Counted from the stretch's first letter, positions 26,300 to 40,458 are shown. The stretch is DNA of 64,000 nucleotides from Raillietiella orientalis (GCA_036172245.1 JAYWIR010000020.1:992001-1056000), one strand, 5' to 3'. Notes: a model not told the origin generated them from the letters alone. A program made the numbers and translations.

Positions 26300-26905
26300 C
26301 TCGCAAACGGTGATCCTGATTACTCCCGAATGGTGCTAACTTTTGACTGCGCATGGTGCGCCCTCACACAAGGTTGCGTCGGCGCCTGCTCACCAGCAGG
26401 GCCGAGAAGGTGCGGTCAGAAGAGGAGGCTCGCGGGTGTCTGGTGGGGCTCAAAGAAATTCGGGAAGCCTTTATTCTGCCGCGCCTGACTGGGACAGACA
26501 GCGGCCCCCAGGCGTTCTAGGTGCCTCCAGGTTCTGGCAACACGAATCCGGCCTGCCTGCAAGTGACCTGAAGGATGTGGAAATTCCAGGGCGTGAAATA
26601 ATCTTCCCCTCCCTCCCATCCTCACGAAATTCGACAGGACAGCCCATTTGGAAGATCAGGATCTTCGATCGTGGTGATGGTGGGGTGGAGGACCGGAGGG
26701 AGGAACGCATCTGGCAGTTTCCCTAGTGACTATCCCACGGTGGCGCCAAATCAGGGTGAGGCTGGAGGCGAACCGTCAAGCATGCTTCGCCCACAGGTTC
26801 CTCAACGCTCCTTGAACCTCCAGATCGGTCTGCTGTCCCTTGCTCTACGATTCATCAGCATCTCTGGGGGGGGGGGGGTTTGAGCTTCCCCAACTGGATT
26901 GCTGC
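26300..26905 (+). pseudogene. Decayed trypsin-like (S1A) serine protease
   Basis: Motifs in the correct order across frames: LITPEW.*LLTAH (26316-26354, cf. LITPEWVLTAAHC), IRPAC (26546-26560, cf. IRPICLP), VGW.T (26680-26694), QGEAGGEP (26752-26775, cf. QGDSGGP), IGLLS (26824-26838, cf. IGIVS), SFPNWI (26883-26900, cf. ..DWI). Contains a stop codon, frameshifts and indels. Confidence 0.6.
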
Positions 26906-29900
26906 ATTCACGCATGCGCAGGACCGCTTGAGGCGCTTCGAGCGAGGCGCCAGCCACCCCCGATGACATCCCCTGCCACGTGATCCCAAAGCCTCGTGTC
27001 TTCCTCCCCGTCTGTGGATGGTCGAATCATGGACCAGATAGCTCTTCTGCTCCCTGTATCGGAAGTTGGGTCCAAGATTCGCGACCACTGAAATTGGCCT
27101 CGGACGATCAGCAGGGAACTCGGAGCGGATGAAGACTTACTCATGGAGAGATGTCAGATCCAATGCAGCTACACCGATCCTGCCGTTTTTTGTTCGGCAA
27201 CAAAATCTGCTGGGAGGGGACGAACGCGTTCCTGCTCTTCTGAGCAGCTTCGACCCCTTTCGCCATCGCCGGGGGAGAGAAGGTTCCGAAGCATCGGGAA
27301 AGTTAAGCAGCGACACGGAGTGGACCTTTCCTCCCTACCAGGGAATTCCTCCAGCTGCTTCCAATGCTCCCGCTCCTCCCTCAGCTAAGGTTTCCTCTTG
27401 CTCGTCTCGTGAGCAGAGTTGCAGAGCCTTTCGATCGCCTGCAGCAGCCAGTCCTGAAACGCCATGGGGGCATCCGATCCGCGACGATTATACAGGGCTT
27501 TTCCTCGGGAGCATCAGAGGTCTGCTGAGACGAGAAGCACCGATTTTCTGCCGCGCTCTCGCGACTGCTGCATTCACGCTTGGAGGGATGGAGATTTCAT
27601 CCAGCATCCCCGAGTGCTTTTATCGGCACCGTTGAATTTCAAACGCGTTGCCTCAGCTGCTTGCCCCCAGTTACCACTGTGCCGTCCTTTCCCTTCATTC
27701 CCAGCCTATTCTTTCCTCTGTGATTCCAGACAATATTCCCTTATGAGAGTCATCATGTTAGCTTTTCTTCTTCTGCGAAGCTCCATCTTCAGTGGTCCAA
27801 AAAGTTCGTCCCCTCTCTTTCCGCTCTGTTCGATTGGTCGTTTCCCTTGGATTTCGCCGAATTCCCTGCACCGCTCCACTTCAAGGTCCGCGATCCAGCG
27901 TGCAGGGACGTTCCGTAAGCGTCCTCCTGAAACCGACTCCTCGAACCCGGTCACCTTCCACGGAGTGCGGGGTCGCCCGTTTCCTGCTGAGGGAGCTACC
28001 GGCTTAGAAAGGTGGTGGGATTCCATCTGCTTTCGCGCTGCGTCCTCCTTTGCTTCCGTCCTGCAACTCTTGCCGGCATGGGAAGATGAACCTCATCCTG
28101 TACCTCATATGCCGTTTCGAGATTAATGGATCCTAGGATGCTTCCAGCCGAGCTGGCAGGATGCGCAAAACTTGCATTGCAGTTCAGCAGCCTTCTGCGA
28201 AAAAGAATTCCCTTCCTCTCTATGGGAGACTTGGGGAGCGAATCCAATGCTTCGTGGGACTTTCCCAAAAACTCCACGCAGTCGTCCGTGCCTTCTTCGC
28301 CTTCTCCTTCTTAGCACCTTGTTTTTTCAATTTCACCCAGTTTCTTGTTCGTCGGCAGATGGTTGTATTCCAGGTTCAATTAGAACTCAAAGATAAGGGA
28401 AGAAAAAACGAGAGAGGCTTGATTTCATTTCGTTTCATCTTATTTCGTGCTTCCATGGGCCGAATTCTTCCTCCTCCTCTCACTCACCACGCGCGACCCG
28501 CTAGTTTTCCCTGGGGTTCTCCCGGCCTTTCCGTGTTCCGGTCTCGTGGAGTCACCACCACCCCTTCCTTCCAGTTTCTTCTCCTCCTTGCTGCAGCTCG
28601 GCGGGAGGAAAAGATTCTTCTTGCATGTGTCTCGAAGACAGGTCTTCCCCTCCGTCCCCTCGAAGAGAAGGCTGCGATGTCTGCATGTAGAGTGTGATGG
28701 AATCCTCCCTCCCTAACGGCTTGTGGGAACGACAGTTCCAAGAAAGTAGGGGAATTAGGGGGGAGCAAACAGACAAACAGTCAAGTGACTTGGGGAGATT
28801 CCCAAGCATCAGACCATTTCGAATCCTTGAGCGCAAGTTGTGTTGCTGGAGGCCGCGCGTTCGTGACGATGGGATGCTTTCTTGAAGAGAGCAAACATGC
28901 TCCACGATTCGCTCCTGATGGCGAAAACGGGCGGAAACTCCGCTTTCACGAAACGGTGCAGCTGGCAACCTTAAGAGAGGTCAGCAAGTATGGCGGCTCA
29001 ATCCTTGTTTCAAGGACAGCTCGGAAGAGCATGGCTTCGAAATCGTTTTCTCGTCCACCCGAAGGTTCTCACCAGTTCTCTCCGTCTCTTGCAAACTCAG
29101 GCGTCTGCGTGATGCTGCAACCTATTTTCCTTTGGCGTTTGGTTTCATTGGATCCGCTTTTACTGCCTTCTCTTCGGATGAGTTCAGAGTAGAAGCGAAT
29201 CACTCCAGTGAATTGAAAATTACTGTCCAATGCATTCATGCAGTTGGTGATGTGTCATGAATACGCAACGAGAGTCTTTCATTACTCAAAGATCTCTGAG
29301 TATCTTGATACGTCTTGTCTTCGATTCCAGAAGCTCAATTACCGATTTCTAAGCAAGCATAAAGATAGCGGGTTTTATCCATACCATTAACAAAAGAATG
29401 GCTCTAGGGAATGCTTTTGCGAAGTTTCACGCTTTATTCTTGTATACACATTACGTTACCAAAGCCTGTGTGCTATCGATGGTTATCAGGATGAGCTTTT
29501 CCAAAAAACCTTGGATTCAACTGCAAACACCAAGTGATTCCAGAAGGCTTTTGCTGTGGTTTCCAACTGTTGTCGGGTTGCGTCCACACTCACACAACAT
29601 TTTTGCTAAAGGTCTGTACAAATCCGTAAATATTACGTGATCTAAACTGGGACGACCTGGCTGTTCGTTCGCTACTCAATTATGAAACAGACCGTGCGTG
29701 AAATATTCCATAATATTATCGCATTTCACCAAAAAAGTGCTCCTTACACGTGTACATCATTGTATGAATGCTCGTAGATCCCGATTGTTTACGATGAGTG
29801 TGTATATACGAAATCCATGCGAAAGGAAGCAAAATGGACCTCATGAATGCATCTTGTGTAGTTACTGCTCCCCTTTTTCCATGTGCAAATTGAAAATTTA

Positions 29901-29933
29901 GTGCGGTCCTAGGAGAAAGTCCATGAGCGTTTG

Positions 29934-30016
29934 ATATATATATGTATATATATATACATACATACATATCAAACGTCAATATACATCAATATATATATAT
30001 ATATATGTATATATGC
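29934..30016. repeat. Imperfect (TA)n/(TACA)n microsatellite
   Basis: atatatatatgtatatatatatacatatacatatc...atatatatatatatatatgtatatatg. Confidence 0.85.
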
Positions 30017-31279
30017 ATGTTTTGAGAATCCCAATCAGCATCATAGCCATCGTCAGCCACTACCACAAAATAATCACATCAGGACCAATTATGATTTCGT
30101 TGGTTGTACGAAATCAATTTTTGCATAAAATGAATTATTGCTCGTAACCGCACATCAGAAAAACTATACTTGATGATTTGTAAATTTCCTCTATATCTTG
30201 ATATAGTGATATACAACTTGATATAATATCGGATGATTGCAAACGGACTACGATGAACTATTTAAGAACTGTAGACACTGCACACAACATGTGTTTCCGA
30301 TACGTGTGTTTATAATCCGATCGATCGAATTACGATGCCAAAATTCCTCATTGAAAATCTTTGTAATTACAGCTCTTTTGTATTGAGCCTTCCCGTCATT
30401 CATACATCGATAAATTCATCAAAAACTTCCAGACTTAGAAGTTATGTGTATTTCTGAGCCCAAAGAATCCTTCAGATGATTTGCTGTTTCAGATTTTTTA
30501 TAGTCAGTCATCTTCCATTTATTTGGTTCTCATAGCAAAGTCTTCCTGAGTTTGTGAAACTTTGTTGGATCCATAAGGCACTAGTAGTATCCCCAAACCT
30601 CATGGCCAAAGTCACAAGTTATGGAAGAAAGAAAATAAATGAGAAATTTCTAATCAATTCCTTGAAGATATTTCCGTGATAATTCTTAATAGCGTTCACT
30701 TTCATAAGGATGTGCATGGAAACTCACACTCGGTCACTCCGTGCCTCATTCTTCACATCGTCGCTCGCGATCTATGAGGCCCCGAAGTGGAATAAGGGAG
30801 TCAACGAATTAAAAGGAAAGAAAAATTTGCATGTTTTACAAAAACGAAAGTACAAAGTACTTCTCTGCTCGTGTGGAGGGAAGGGACACGAGGACGAACC
30901 ATAAGATGCATGTCTGGGAAAGAAAGAAAGACCCAATGGACGTTGTTGCTTCTTTATAGTTTTCTTGCTTTCCTATTCCTGAAGAGTTTCTGCTCATAAA
31001 GACCACAAACTCTTCAGTGTATTAAGAGCAGAGATGTCCATGGTAGAATAATCCGATACTTCATGATATGGTCAAAACAGAAGCATGCCGCTTACGAGAG
31101 TAATGTGATGAACTCAATGCTGTTTTGGGATGAGGCTGTGACCTTCAAATTTCAGAGGAATACAGTTGTCAGAAGGAAAGAGAGTGAGAACAACTCAGTC
31201 CACGAGCTTTGATTTAAGAGGAAAGCATTAACAAACCAGTCATCATTTGAATGCTCATCAAAAACACATTGAGAAAAAT

Positions 31280-33250
31280 TGGCTGCTTAATACGAGAGAG
31301 TAAACCGAGAAATGCTAAACCCAGAACTCTGATTCATGGGATTTCTACAGAAGATACAAAATTAGAAGAAGAACTTAAAAAACAACGAAACCGAAAGACA
31401 GAAACTGGAAGTATATAATCTCAAGTCCCTAAGAGTGGTAGAAAGGTGCAAAAGATCCTAATGTTGTGCTCGTATGAGAAACAAAAAGTGTATCAAAAGA
31501 AGAGGAAAAAAGAGAAGGCATCGTTTGTTTAACTCTTTCTCACTCGAAAATTATCAAGGCAAGAGTAGGTTTCAACGCATGGATGAGCTGTGCTGCGAAT
31601 CGGCAAACGAGGGGGACACATGTTCTGTAATTTCATCACCAAATGGCCGAGAAAAAATGACGAAAAATAAGAGAGATAAGTGAAGAGACTGGATAAGGTT
31701 GATTGGAGGCTTGGATTTCAGAATGGGAAGCCACCAAAAAAGACTCAGGCACTTACCAGAAATCGTTAAATGCCTACAAAATTCCAGCCAATCCAATTAT
31801 ATAGTAAAGAGACTAAGAGATTGGCATTTTTTTTTTTTTTTGTAGCCAATAGTCCTATGAAACTTTACTGTAGCTACCGAATTGTTCTCAAAAACCGAAT
31901 TCAATACATAAGTGTCCCACAAGGTTCATCATCGCTTGAGATGAGCACATGAATCTTGAATGATGCTTTGTGGGGGATGAATAGCAAACTTCCTTTACAC
32001 ACCGAAAATTATTTGTATAAATTCTCTGAGAAGAATTCCGAGGAAAAACAGGACAGCTTTTCAGAATGCTGGAAACATTTATCAGTGAAATTATAAAAGT
32101 TGCTTTGCTCCTTCCAGAAGTAGATAAAAATTTCGTATCATTAGGATCGCTGTCTCTACTGTAGGTCATCTACATTTGCTTTCAGGAAAGCAACGATTTC
32201 TTTGGAGCTCCTAATGTAAGCAGAGAGACGATGTTACATTGAATCCTATTGTGCTGAGCTAAGGAATTAAATACATGACCGTTGAAGCAGGAAATCTCAA
32301 GGCTATACAACAGTGGAAAAGTGTAAAACCTATTTGGGAGGAAAGGAACCTGACGGGATACTTAGAAGCAGAAGATACACTATCGTCAGTGGCCAATAGA
32401 AAAGTGCCATCACTTTCTAGGTAGGATTTCAAGAGAATATTCTATCATACTTCGTTGCAACGAAATTGGTTCCCGGAGGATGGCATGCATTCACAAGTGA
32501 AGCTAAAGGATTAGAACAAGAATGGAGGTAGGTCGAAAATAACATAGGTCGAGAAAAGGAAGCAAGAATTGTGGATTAGACAAGTGAAATGCAGACAGAA
32601 AGAAAGAGTTCCTAAAGTAAAGAAAAAGAAGAAAAGAAAGAAGAGTTCCTAATAGGAAAGAAAGTCACGCCAAAAGTGTAAGATAATGAGGTGTCTGATC
32701 CCCCAAAGTATTCATACAAAAAGCGGATAATGTAAGATAGTTGGTGAAGAAACAAGATCATTTCTCTGCATGTAGTCAGGTAGCCGCAATCACAGAGTTT
32801 CCCTTGTACCCCCTTGATGCAAAGTTACGCTCCAGGACATTGAGAAAATTGCGATGGTATCAGCTTTAGGTGAAAAGAATGCACATCCACGAGCTCCCTG
32901 CATCGAGGGTTTAGTTTAACATCGGCAATGAAAGAAAATCCCCATCTTCCCAAGAAACTGCAGTCGGAAACCTGGATCGATTAAACATAGAAAACTGTTT
33001 TCCCATGCTAAAAAAAACCTAGGAAGAGGATGGATTACAAAGCAGCTCAAGAAGTGGCTCTCACTGAGCTGCATGCCAACTTCCTCACATAACACCTCAC
33101 ACTCACGGAGGGTTAAAAGAGTGAAATCATCTGCGAGGTAAATGTCGTATCGTCTCTTAGACTCATTCTATGACCAGCACAACGCAATGGCAAGCAAAAC
33201 ACTGGGATAAAAATCTGAATTTGTCCTTCAGGCAAGAACTGACTTCGTTT
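31280..33250 (+). mobile_element. Possible decayed LINE ORF1 / endonuclease region
   Basis: A-rich + strand; KPRTLIHGISTEDTKLEEELKKQ (~31317-31386) resembles gag-like LINE ORF1, and QSETW (~32961-32975) resembles the APE 'ETW' motif. No long ORF. Confidence 0.2.
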
Positions 33251-36200
33251 TCAGGTGTTGAGGTGGTCATACTTACGACCATCCACAAGCGGCGAATTTT
33301 TGTCGATATCATTTCATCCTTTGGAATAAAACAGTACCAATAGTGTTGTATGAGAACATGATAATTAGTGAGCCACGCAAACTGTAGGAAATTCAGTTCT
33401 TAAAGCGGTCTTGAGTGACAGACCTAACTCTAAATAGCATGGAGTCACCGATTTAATGGAGGTTTTTCAAGACTTGGAGAAAACGAAAGTGTCTTGCCGT
33501 TTGGAAATTTGTTCCCGCCCGTCAAATACTTCCATCTAAGGGAATGTGCCACCTGCTCCAAGGATATAGATAGTGCTGGTGTTCCAAAGACTTCACATGA
33601 TTCCATAACATTCACACCGCAACAAACACACGCCTTCTTGTTCAGCAGCTTCATCCTAAACAGCTGTGATGATGCCTTTTTTGGAGACGAGGTTATCTGT
33701 ATCCTGCTCTTCCTGTATTCGATACCCTGTGGTTAGTGGAAAACAAAATGTATGACTCTGTGAGTAATAGGATGGGAAGGAATCTTCATTATGAGATGAT
33801 TTTGGATGAGAGATTACGTAGAAGCGTGCGTATCGATTTCTCAGCTCTCTAAAATATTCGGGATAACCCCGTAGAATTAGCGTGAACAAATAACCTGAAG
33901 GACTCAGAAACCCAGAGGCGGATTTTCCATGTCATTGCATTTAAATGGTCATGTTCGTGCAGGATTTGTGCTTATGAAACAGGTTAGGAGTTTCTGCATC
34001 GAAAATCGTGTTGTGCTTTCTCATCTTCGGGGTGAATTTTCCACCAGTAAACTTGGATACCGAAATGAACCCGTTTACCTCATGCTGAAACCCAGTACTC
34101 GTACTGAATCTAGGATGCATAGCGTGCTCCAAAGGTGGATCTGTGTTGACTCCCATGTTTGTTTCCATATCCCTTTTCGCTTTCAGTAGGGCATGAGACG
34201 AATTCCAATCTTATTCCACCAAAATCCACATCAGTTGCAGCATCCATGATCACAAGCGCTCCGTCTATGAGAACTCGGATGCTTGAAATTCTAAAAACGG
34301 TTATTGAGTCCATGAGAAAACACGCTGCCTCCGCTTTGATCTTTCTTTCCCTTCTACCTATGCACCCTGCTAGAGGTTGTGATGCTGCTGCCTTTACGGC
34401 ACCAGTGAGTGGATTCACCCACTCTGATAATGAGAGTGATTTGTGGATCAGAAAAGAATGGGATCTACAGAGAGGAGAAACAATCTCCAATGGTTGGGCA
34501 TCAATTTTTTCTGAGAATCCAGCATCCGAGTCAGCGCCATTCGAAATTCTAGTATCCAGAATGGGATTCTGACGACATGTTTTTGAACTGTTGCTCCTTT
34601 ACACGAAGCCCCTGGAGAATCACTTTGCGAGAAAGGATTTCTTATATTTAGAAGCACCTTCGATTCACCTCAACGAGAAGGAACGGTTTCCTTCCTTCGG
34701 TTCTTCTCTTCCAAGACCACCCCTTATCAACGGAAAGCTCCCTCCTGTTTCTTTCGGCGGGATGAGAAGACCTGTCTGGAAAAGTCCGGGTTCCCCCAAA
34801 GATGCGTTTGGTCTGCAGCTCCGCTGCATTTCTTACATCCTTGCTGATCTCGTGGTTTTCTCGGTCTTCCATCGTACCAGAAACTCCCCGCCGAGGCCTT
34901 CTCCTGCTGGCCTTCCTCTTACGTGCAGTCAGTCTCAAACAGCTTTTGTGCGAACCGGGGCGGAAGAAGAAGGGCGAGGACACACCTTCGGGCGAGGACT
35001 TCGCGCCAGTTTGCTGAGTCGCTGTTCGGTGGGTCAACGAGCAAACCAATCTCCTCGTGCTACATTGAAAGCGAATCTTTATCCGAAGGATTCTCGATGA
35101 GATGAAGGGCATCCTTGAACGCAGGAACGCGCACAATGTTCCCGAGTTTTCACCGAGAGGCACGTACACTTCCTGGGGGGGAAAGGATTTGGTGGAGGAT
35201 GAAACCATGGTAATCACGGCTAAGAAATAAGCGCGCCAGTTGAATCAAAGAGAAGGCCATTGAGCAAACAGAGCTCGCTTGCGGCTCCGTCAACATGGAC
35301 GTTAATGGAACGTTGTTTGCAGTCAGAAGTGGCGAAGAGCCGTGAGGAGCGAAGATTCGCCGCGATCTCTCAGGAATTCCTCCGGCACTCTTCGCAAAGA
35401 GCGATGCTCGCTGGAGGGCGCGGTTGTCAGGGAGACCGGACGGGTTCTCTGCTTCTCCTCCTCCTGACCCCTCCATTCCTCTAGTGTTCCTGCGGAAGAA
35501 AGCAGGAGAATAAGCACTCACGAAAGACGAGATTTATCCAGCTGGTAGGCGCACGCGGAAAGAGCTCGAAATGGCAAGAGCGATGGCCGCGCCCAGGGCG
35601 GAGCGTCCCCCACGATCCTTGAAGCCTCGCTGGGGGACGCAAGCCACTTCTACCTCCCGCAACCCAGGTCGTCCCTTGCTCCCATTCTATGCCGGGTTCT
35701 GGTCCTCCGCCTCTTTCGCTGAGGCCTTCGGGTTCTTTGCCCACTCTGGGCGGTCTACCACAGAGAGGATCGGATGAATCACGGGAAGGGTGCGTATTGA
35801 GGCGCCGATTCTTCATCGTGTGGAAGGAACGCGCTGGAAGCGCTCTGGGTAGTTCACCTGCCGCTTTTTCGTTTCTATGGAGGAAGTTCGCATCCTCAGG
35901 ATGGGATCCTCTGGGCTTCACGTCTTATCTTGCCTGCCCTGGGCTCCGGTCGAGACCTCCTCATACAGCAGAAGTGCGCGTTGAAGTTTCTTCAGGGCAC
36001 TAGTGATGGCCCGCCTGCGCCCTAACTAGGGTTCGTAGGACGGTAGGGAGGGTGAGAGGGTGTACGGCTGCTTTCATGGGTTCCGTCCTTTCCCGGAGGG
36101 AAGATGAAGTGCCATGTGGCTCCCAGGGGAAGAAGTCCAAGGATCTGGAGTCACCGCTCCATCCTGTGAACATCGCGAGGACCGCGAAAGGAGGAGGCAG

Positions 36201-38339
36201 GAGACGACCACTCCCGACCGCTTTTCCTGGAACTGCAGGCTCCCCCGACAGTACTGGCACCTTGTCGGGATTTCGAACACGAATAGGAGGTCTGGAAGTC
36301 CAAGGGATTGGAGAGGCGTGCTCGCCCTTGCTTGCAGGCAGGTCGCGTGGTGGCGACCACCCCCTCTTGGCGCGGTGACCTCGCTCGCAGACCGAGGCGC
36401 TGGCGGTCTTTCTGCAGCGCCCCTAGCTCAGGGACGAAGGCCGGCACACCGAGAAGAGGTCCGTGAAGAAGTGGAAGCTGGACAAGCCGCTGCCTCCCGT
36501 TTACTGCCGTCTGCAGCGAGGAATGGAAGCGGCGCTCAGTGGCACGGACGGAGAGGAAGCAAAAAAGCGTGGAGCGCGGCGTCCGTGGACGAACGGACAC
36601 CGCGTCAGCATGTGTCCCGCACGGACAAGGGGATGTGCGCTGCACGATGCTTCTTGCTTTCCCTTTGGAGCGATCTCGTTCTACCGATCCTCCGCAGTCC
36701 TCGCCTCTGGCGCGCTCCTTGTTGGCATGCACACCCGCTCGCGTGCTTGGAAATCCCCTCAAGATCCTCTGAGAAAGCGCTTTTCGGCGCCACTGGGAGC
36801 AGCAAACGCCGTCTCGTTGCGTCCGATCTACCAGCTTCTCGAAGCGCGCTAGACCGCATCTTCTGACTGAGGGCGTGCGGACGCATCCCGCGCGCTCGCA
36901 GCGCTCACCGAGCACGAACCGGGGGGAATTGTAGCTGCGGCTGCGGTTCACATCCTTTGGGAGGACGTTCCGAGGCGCTCTGACATCCGGGTAGGTCGTA
37001 GACTACTCAACGCATTCCGCGCTTGCTTTTTTCCGCTTGAAGTGGGCTCCTTCGGACCACCTGACAAGGGTCATCAGCTTACAGGGCGCACATGAAGCTA
37101 AAAGCTGAAGAGTACTGCAGAGGCCGGCTCGTGTCCACTCTCTCCTTGGAAGCGTGGTCATCTTTGGACTCGGGATGCGCGTCCTACTTCTCGCGGATCC
37201 TGGAATATCTCGAGCGGGCTCAGACGCCATCTTGTCGAGGCTGGCTAGAGCAGCGCCACAGAGGCGCGTGGAGAGGACTGCTCCACCTTTTCCACAAAAA
37301 GGGACGGAGGGATACTCCTCCCACGGGGCGCTTTATGCGTTCCTCCTTTTACCACCACCCAACTTTTGAGTCGACCGAGAGCACTGAAGGCTCTGCGAGG
37401 CCGAGTCGCACGGGGAGGGAGGTGTGTCCTCGCCCTTCCTCTTCCCCACTCGCTCCGGCCTTCTAAATACCGTATATCCAGTGGCTCTACATCCACGTCG
37501 TTGCCATCCGCCATCAAAAACTCTCATGAGATCGTGGGATACTGTGGGAAAAACAAAACTCTTCCTTTGTAAAAGTCGCCGCAGACCATTCCCTTCTGCT
37601 TCCACCAGCTCCCAACGTGCCCGTATGCACCCAGGAAGGGGGACGGGGAGACCTGCAAGTTGTTGCAGAGAACGTGGCGTTCGTCAGATCCGCTGGTCGC
37701 TCTATTCCGTGGAGACGGGACAGGATCGAGCAGGAAAAGCGCAGACCAGAAGTGTGGAAGGAAGTAAGGAAGGAAGGAACGTTCCTGTTTGGGCCATTTC
37801 CGGGATCCTCTTCTCGAGGTGCTTTTGCGCTTCTCGAGGTGCCGGCGGGTCCCTTCCTCTGGAAGGGACCCGCCGGCTTTGCAAGAAGGAGCAGAGGGAG
37901 TCGAGGTACACCTTCCTGCGGTTGCCTCCTAGCTGTGCTGCCGACGAATGCATTTCTCTGGGGTTCGCGCGAGCGCTGTACCTTGGCACGCGGGCACGCG
38001 AGCGAAGCTGTTCCCTTCTCTCTGTGCTAATGCCGGTCCGCGAGCTGGTACTGTCCAGGGCACGGGACAGAGGGGGGCATCCCCTCAGGTCAAGATAGCC
38101 GGTGGAACGCGGTGCCCCGGCGGAGTGGTGTCCCTTTTGCACTCGACGTCGATTCTCAGTTTCCACCGTCTCGCGATTCGATGGTTCGATTTTGGTTCCC
38201 TTCATCGGGAATCCTCAGCTCATCTCCTCGCATCCCGGACCGTCCTTTTGAGCCAGGCACTCTTGCTTCTTGGAGACTCTCGTGATTGAAAGTGACCGGT
38301 GCTCATGAAGATACGAACGCCGAAATCCCGCAAAATCTT

Positions 38340-38760
38340 AAAAATACAAACATATGTTTATTACATGAATGAATATATATTATAAAGATCATAAAAATAA
38401 ATATACATGCTTATTATGTATATTAATATATATACATATATATATACGTATATATATATATAGAGAGAGATTAACGTACAACTTTATTTAAGCATATTTA
38501 TGTATATTACTAACATACATTAGTAACATAATGAATAATATGCATCAATGTGCTATACTTCATATTGAGGACTATAAAAATAAACATATATGTTATTATG
38601 TACATTAATTATGTATATAGATATATAGACATTTGCGTATATAATAAACGTATGTGAAATGTATACATATAAATATCGAATGCTGAAAAATTAAAAACAG
38701 TGGAAAAAATGAAAAAGCAAACAAATGAAAAGAATAAAAAAGAAATCTTGTATTTGATTT
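38340..38760. repeat. Extremely AT-rich low-complexity tract with TA runs
   Basis: tatatatacatatatatatacgtatatatatatatagagagaga and similar; abrupt boundary with the GC-rich block to the left. Confidence 0.85.
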
Positions 38761-40458
38761 TTTCGGCCATTCCTAACACCCAATAAACGACACTTCCACG
38801 GGAAGCGGAGAGTTTCATCTTCGGGACTTCGAAGTTGACCCGAAAGCGGCGTATGCGTAACTAGTAGACATCAGGGATCCATAGAAGTGTCAGCTGCATT
38901 CGCTAGAATCATCATCAACCATCGCACCCAGATTCGAATGGGAACCTGGACTGAAACCGTGACTGAAAACAGCTTGATGCTCAGAACCCAAGGCAAATCA
39001 CCAAAAAGATGCGAACCGTAGAGAGATTATCCATCTTCTGCTCCCGAAACAGCCTCAGGCAGAGCCGTGCAGTGCATCCGTCTGAGCATCGAGAAAGCCT
39101 CTGCAAGTGCGGTCAACTGCGTTCAGTTTGGTGCAACAGTGGCACCCACATACCCCAAGCCAATATTCAGCGGTAGATGGATAGAGGAAGAACCCAGGAT
39201 TAGTTTCTTTTCATCTTCTTCTTCATGCCTTTTTCATCATGTGCTGAGTTCATGGTGTGTCAAGAAAATGATTCCGTTTCCACGAAAAGACGGAGCGAGC
39301 TGCTATTACCTTGATTCTTCCACAATAAAAGAGCTCTGGACCTAGCATTCCAACAGATTAAGCCACTGAGCTACGGCAATGAGTCCCAAAGGGCACACGA
39401 TGCAGCTGACATGCAAGAGGATGACTTTTGAAGTGTGGGGGCAAAGTTTTTCCTTCGCTAGCGTGGATGAATCCATCTCCTTGCCTTGCTAGGAGGTGCT
39501 GAAGTGGGCTCGAGTAGCCCTCCCAAACAGCTCAGAAATTCTCCTTTTTTGAGACATCTGCAAGATATCTGGAAAAAACGCAGATATCTTGCACGCACCC
39601 AATCACTGGCCAGCTAGTGGTCCATTCCCCGCGGTGGTGATTGGCAGGAAGGAGGAAGAATCACTCAGCATCCCGCGTTTCGCATCAGATATGCCGCCTT
39701 ATCAGATAAGATGGTACAAGCAATTATGAGTCCCGGAACAGCCGCGTTTCCACGCACTCTTCAACTGCATCGCGCAAACTCCACGCGCGCGCATTTTACC
39801 TCCCCCCGTGAACGTCGGCCCCTGTGCGTCTACCTCGAGCTGGTCACCCGTAGCACCGTCTCTTTGTGCTTCTCCTGCACCAGAATACGTGAATCTAATG
39901 AAACGGATCGGGAGAACTTTGCGCGACGAGCCCCCGACCAGGAATCCCAAGTGACGTCTCCTCGCACTTTGTCTATGAGACACCCCGTGAAGTGAATCTT
40001 CCTTTCCTCCTGATTCAATTCAGGGTCTTCCCAGAGCTCCGCTCTCCCTCCTCCCCCCGCGAATCCCTGGGAAAGACACATCTGTTTAATCTCCCAATCC
40101 AGGAGGAGAGTTTAGATGGAGCGATTCCGTGAAAACCGATCGCTATTCTTTCCAAGATTCGACACACAGCTCATGCGAAAGACGTCTGCACGAATCTGCA
40201 TGCGAGGAATACCTTAAGAGATGATGCCTAAGGATGAACCGGAATCAGACACACGTGTGCACACTGAAAACACCTCTCTGCAAGGGGAGGTACATAAAAG
40301 AGACGATGTTTTTAGAAACTGCCTTTCCTCCATGGCAAAGGGAAACCATGGGATGGGACATCCAAGGGCTACCTCCAGCTTGAAGGAGAGGGAGGTGGAG
40401 ATTACCCAAATGAAAAAAATGTTTTCTTTGTTATTTGGGAAGAATATCCTCGGAGGGT

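Larger units (their letters stand above)
22700..29100. promoter_or_regulatory. GC/CpG-rich island spanning the GPCR promoter, exon 1 and start of intron 1 (approximate limits)
   Basis: Visibly GC- and CpG-rich, with CGCGCG runs at 23833-23849, ~24592-24616 and ~24780-24791, compared with AT-richer flanks. Confidence 0.6.

Noticed and set aside
27706..28026. Repeated GKR (QGKR, SGKR) suggesting a neuropeptide precursor next to a receptor
   Set aside because: No signal peptide and no repeated peptide motif; the purine-rich strand readily yields G/K/R codons.
22800..28970. Numerous long overlapping ORFs (e.g. 23619-24413, 24012-24701, 27464-28126)
   Set aside because: Arg/Pro/Ser/Gly-rich translations on all frames, expected from high GC; no domain signatures other than the GPCR exon and the protease relic.
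34110..34490. LVIMDAATDV resembling the hAT transposase first catalytic Asp region
   Set aside because: No further transposase motifs or TIRs seen.
34591..38289. Long ORFs such as 36114-36866, 36151-36951 and 37424-38098
   Set aside because: Same GC artefact; no recognisable motifs or convincing splice-bounded exon.
39400..40000. Possible further GPCR relic (RYLA, WSIP, LCVYL...SLCFSCTRI)
   Set aside because: Motifs too short and scattered to support, and part of the signal comes from an inverted repeat.
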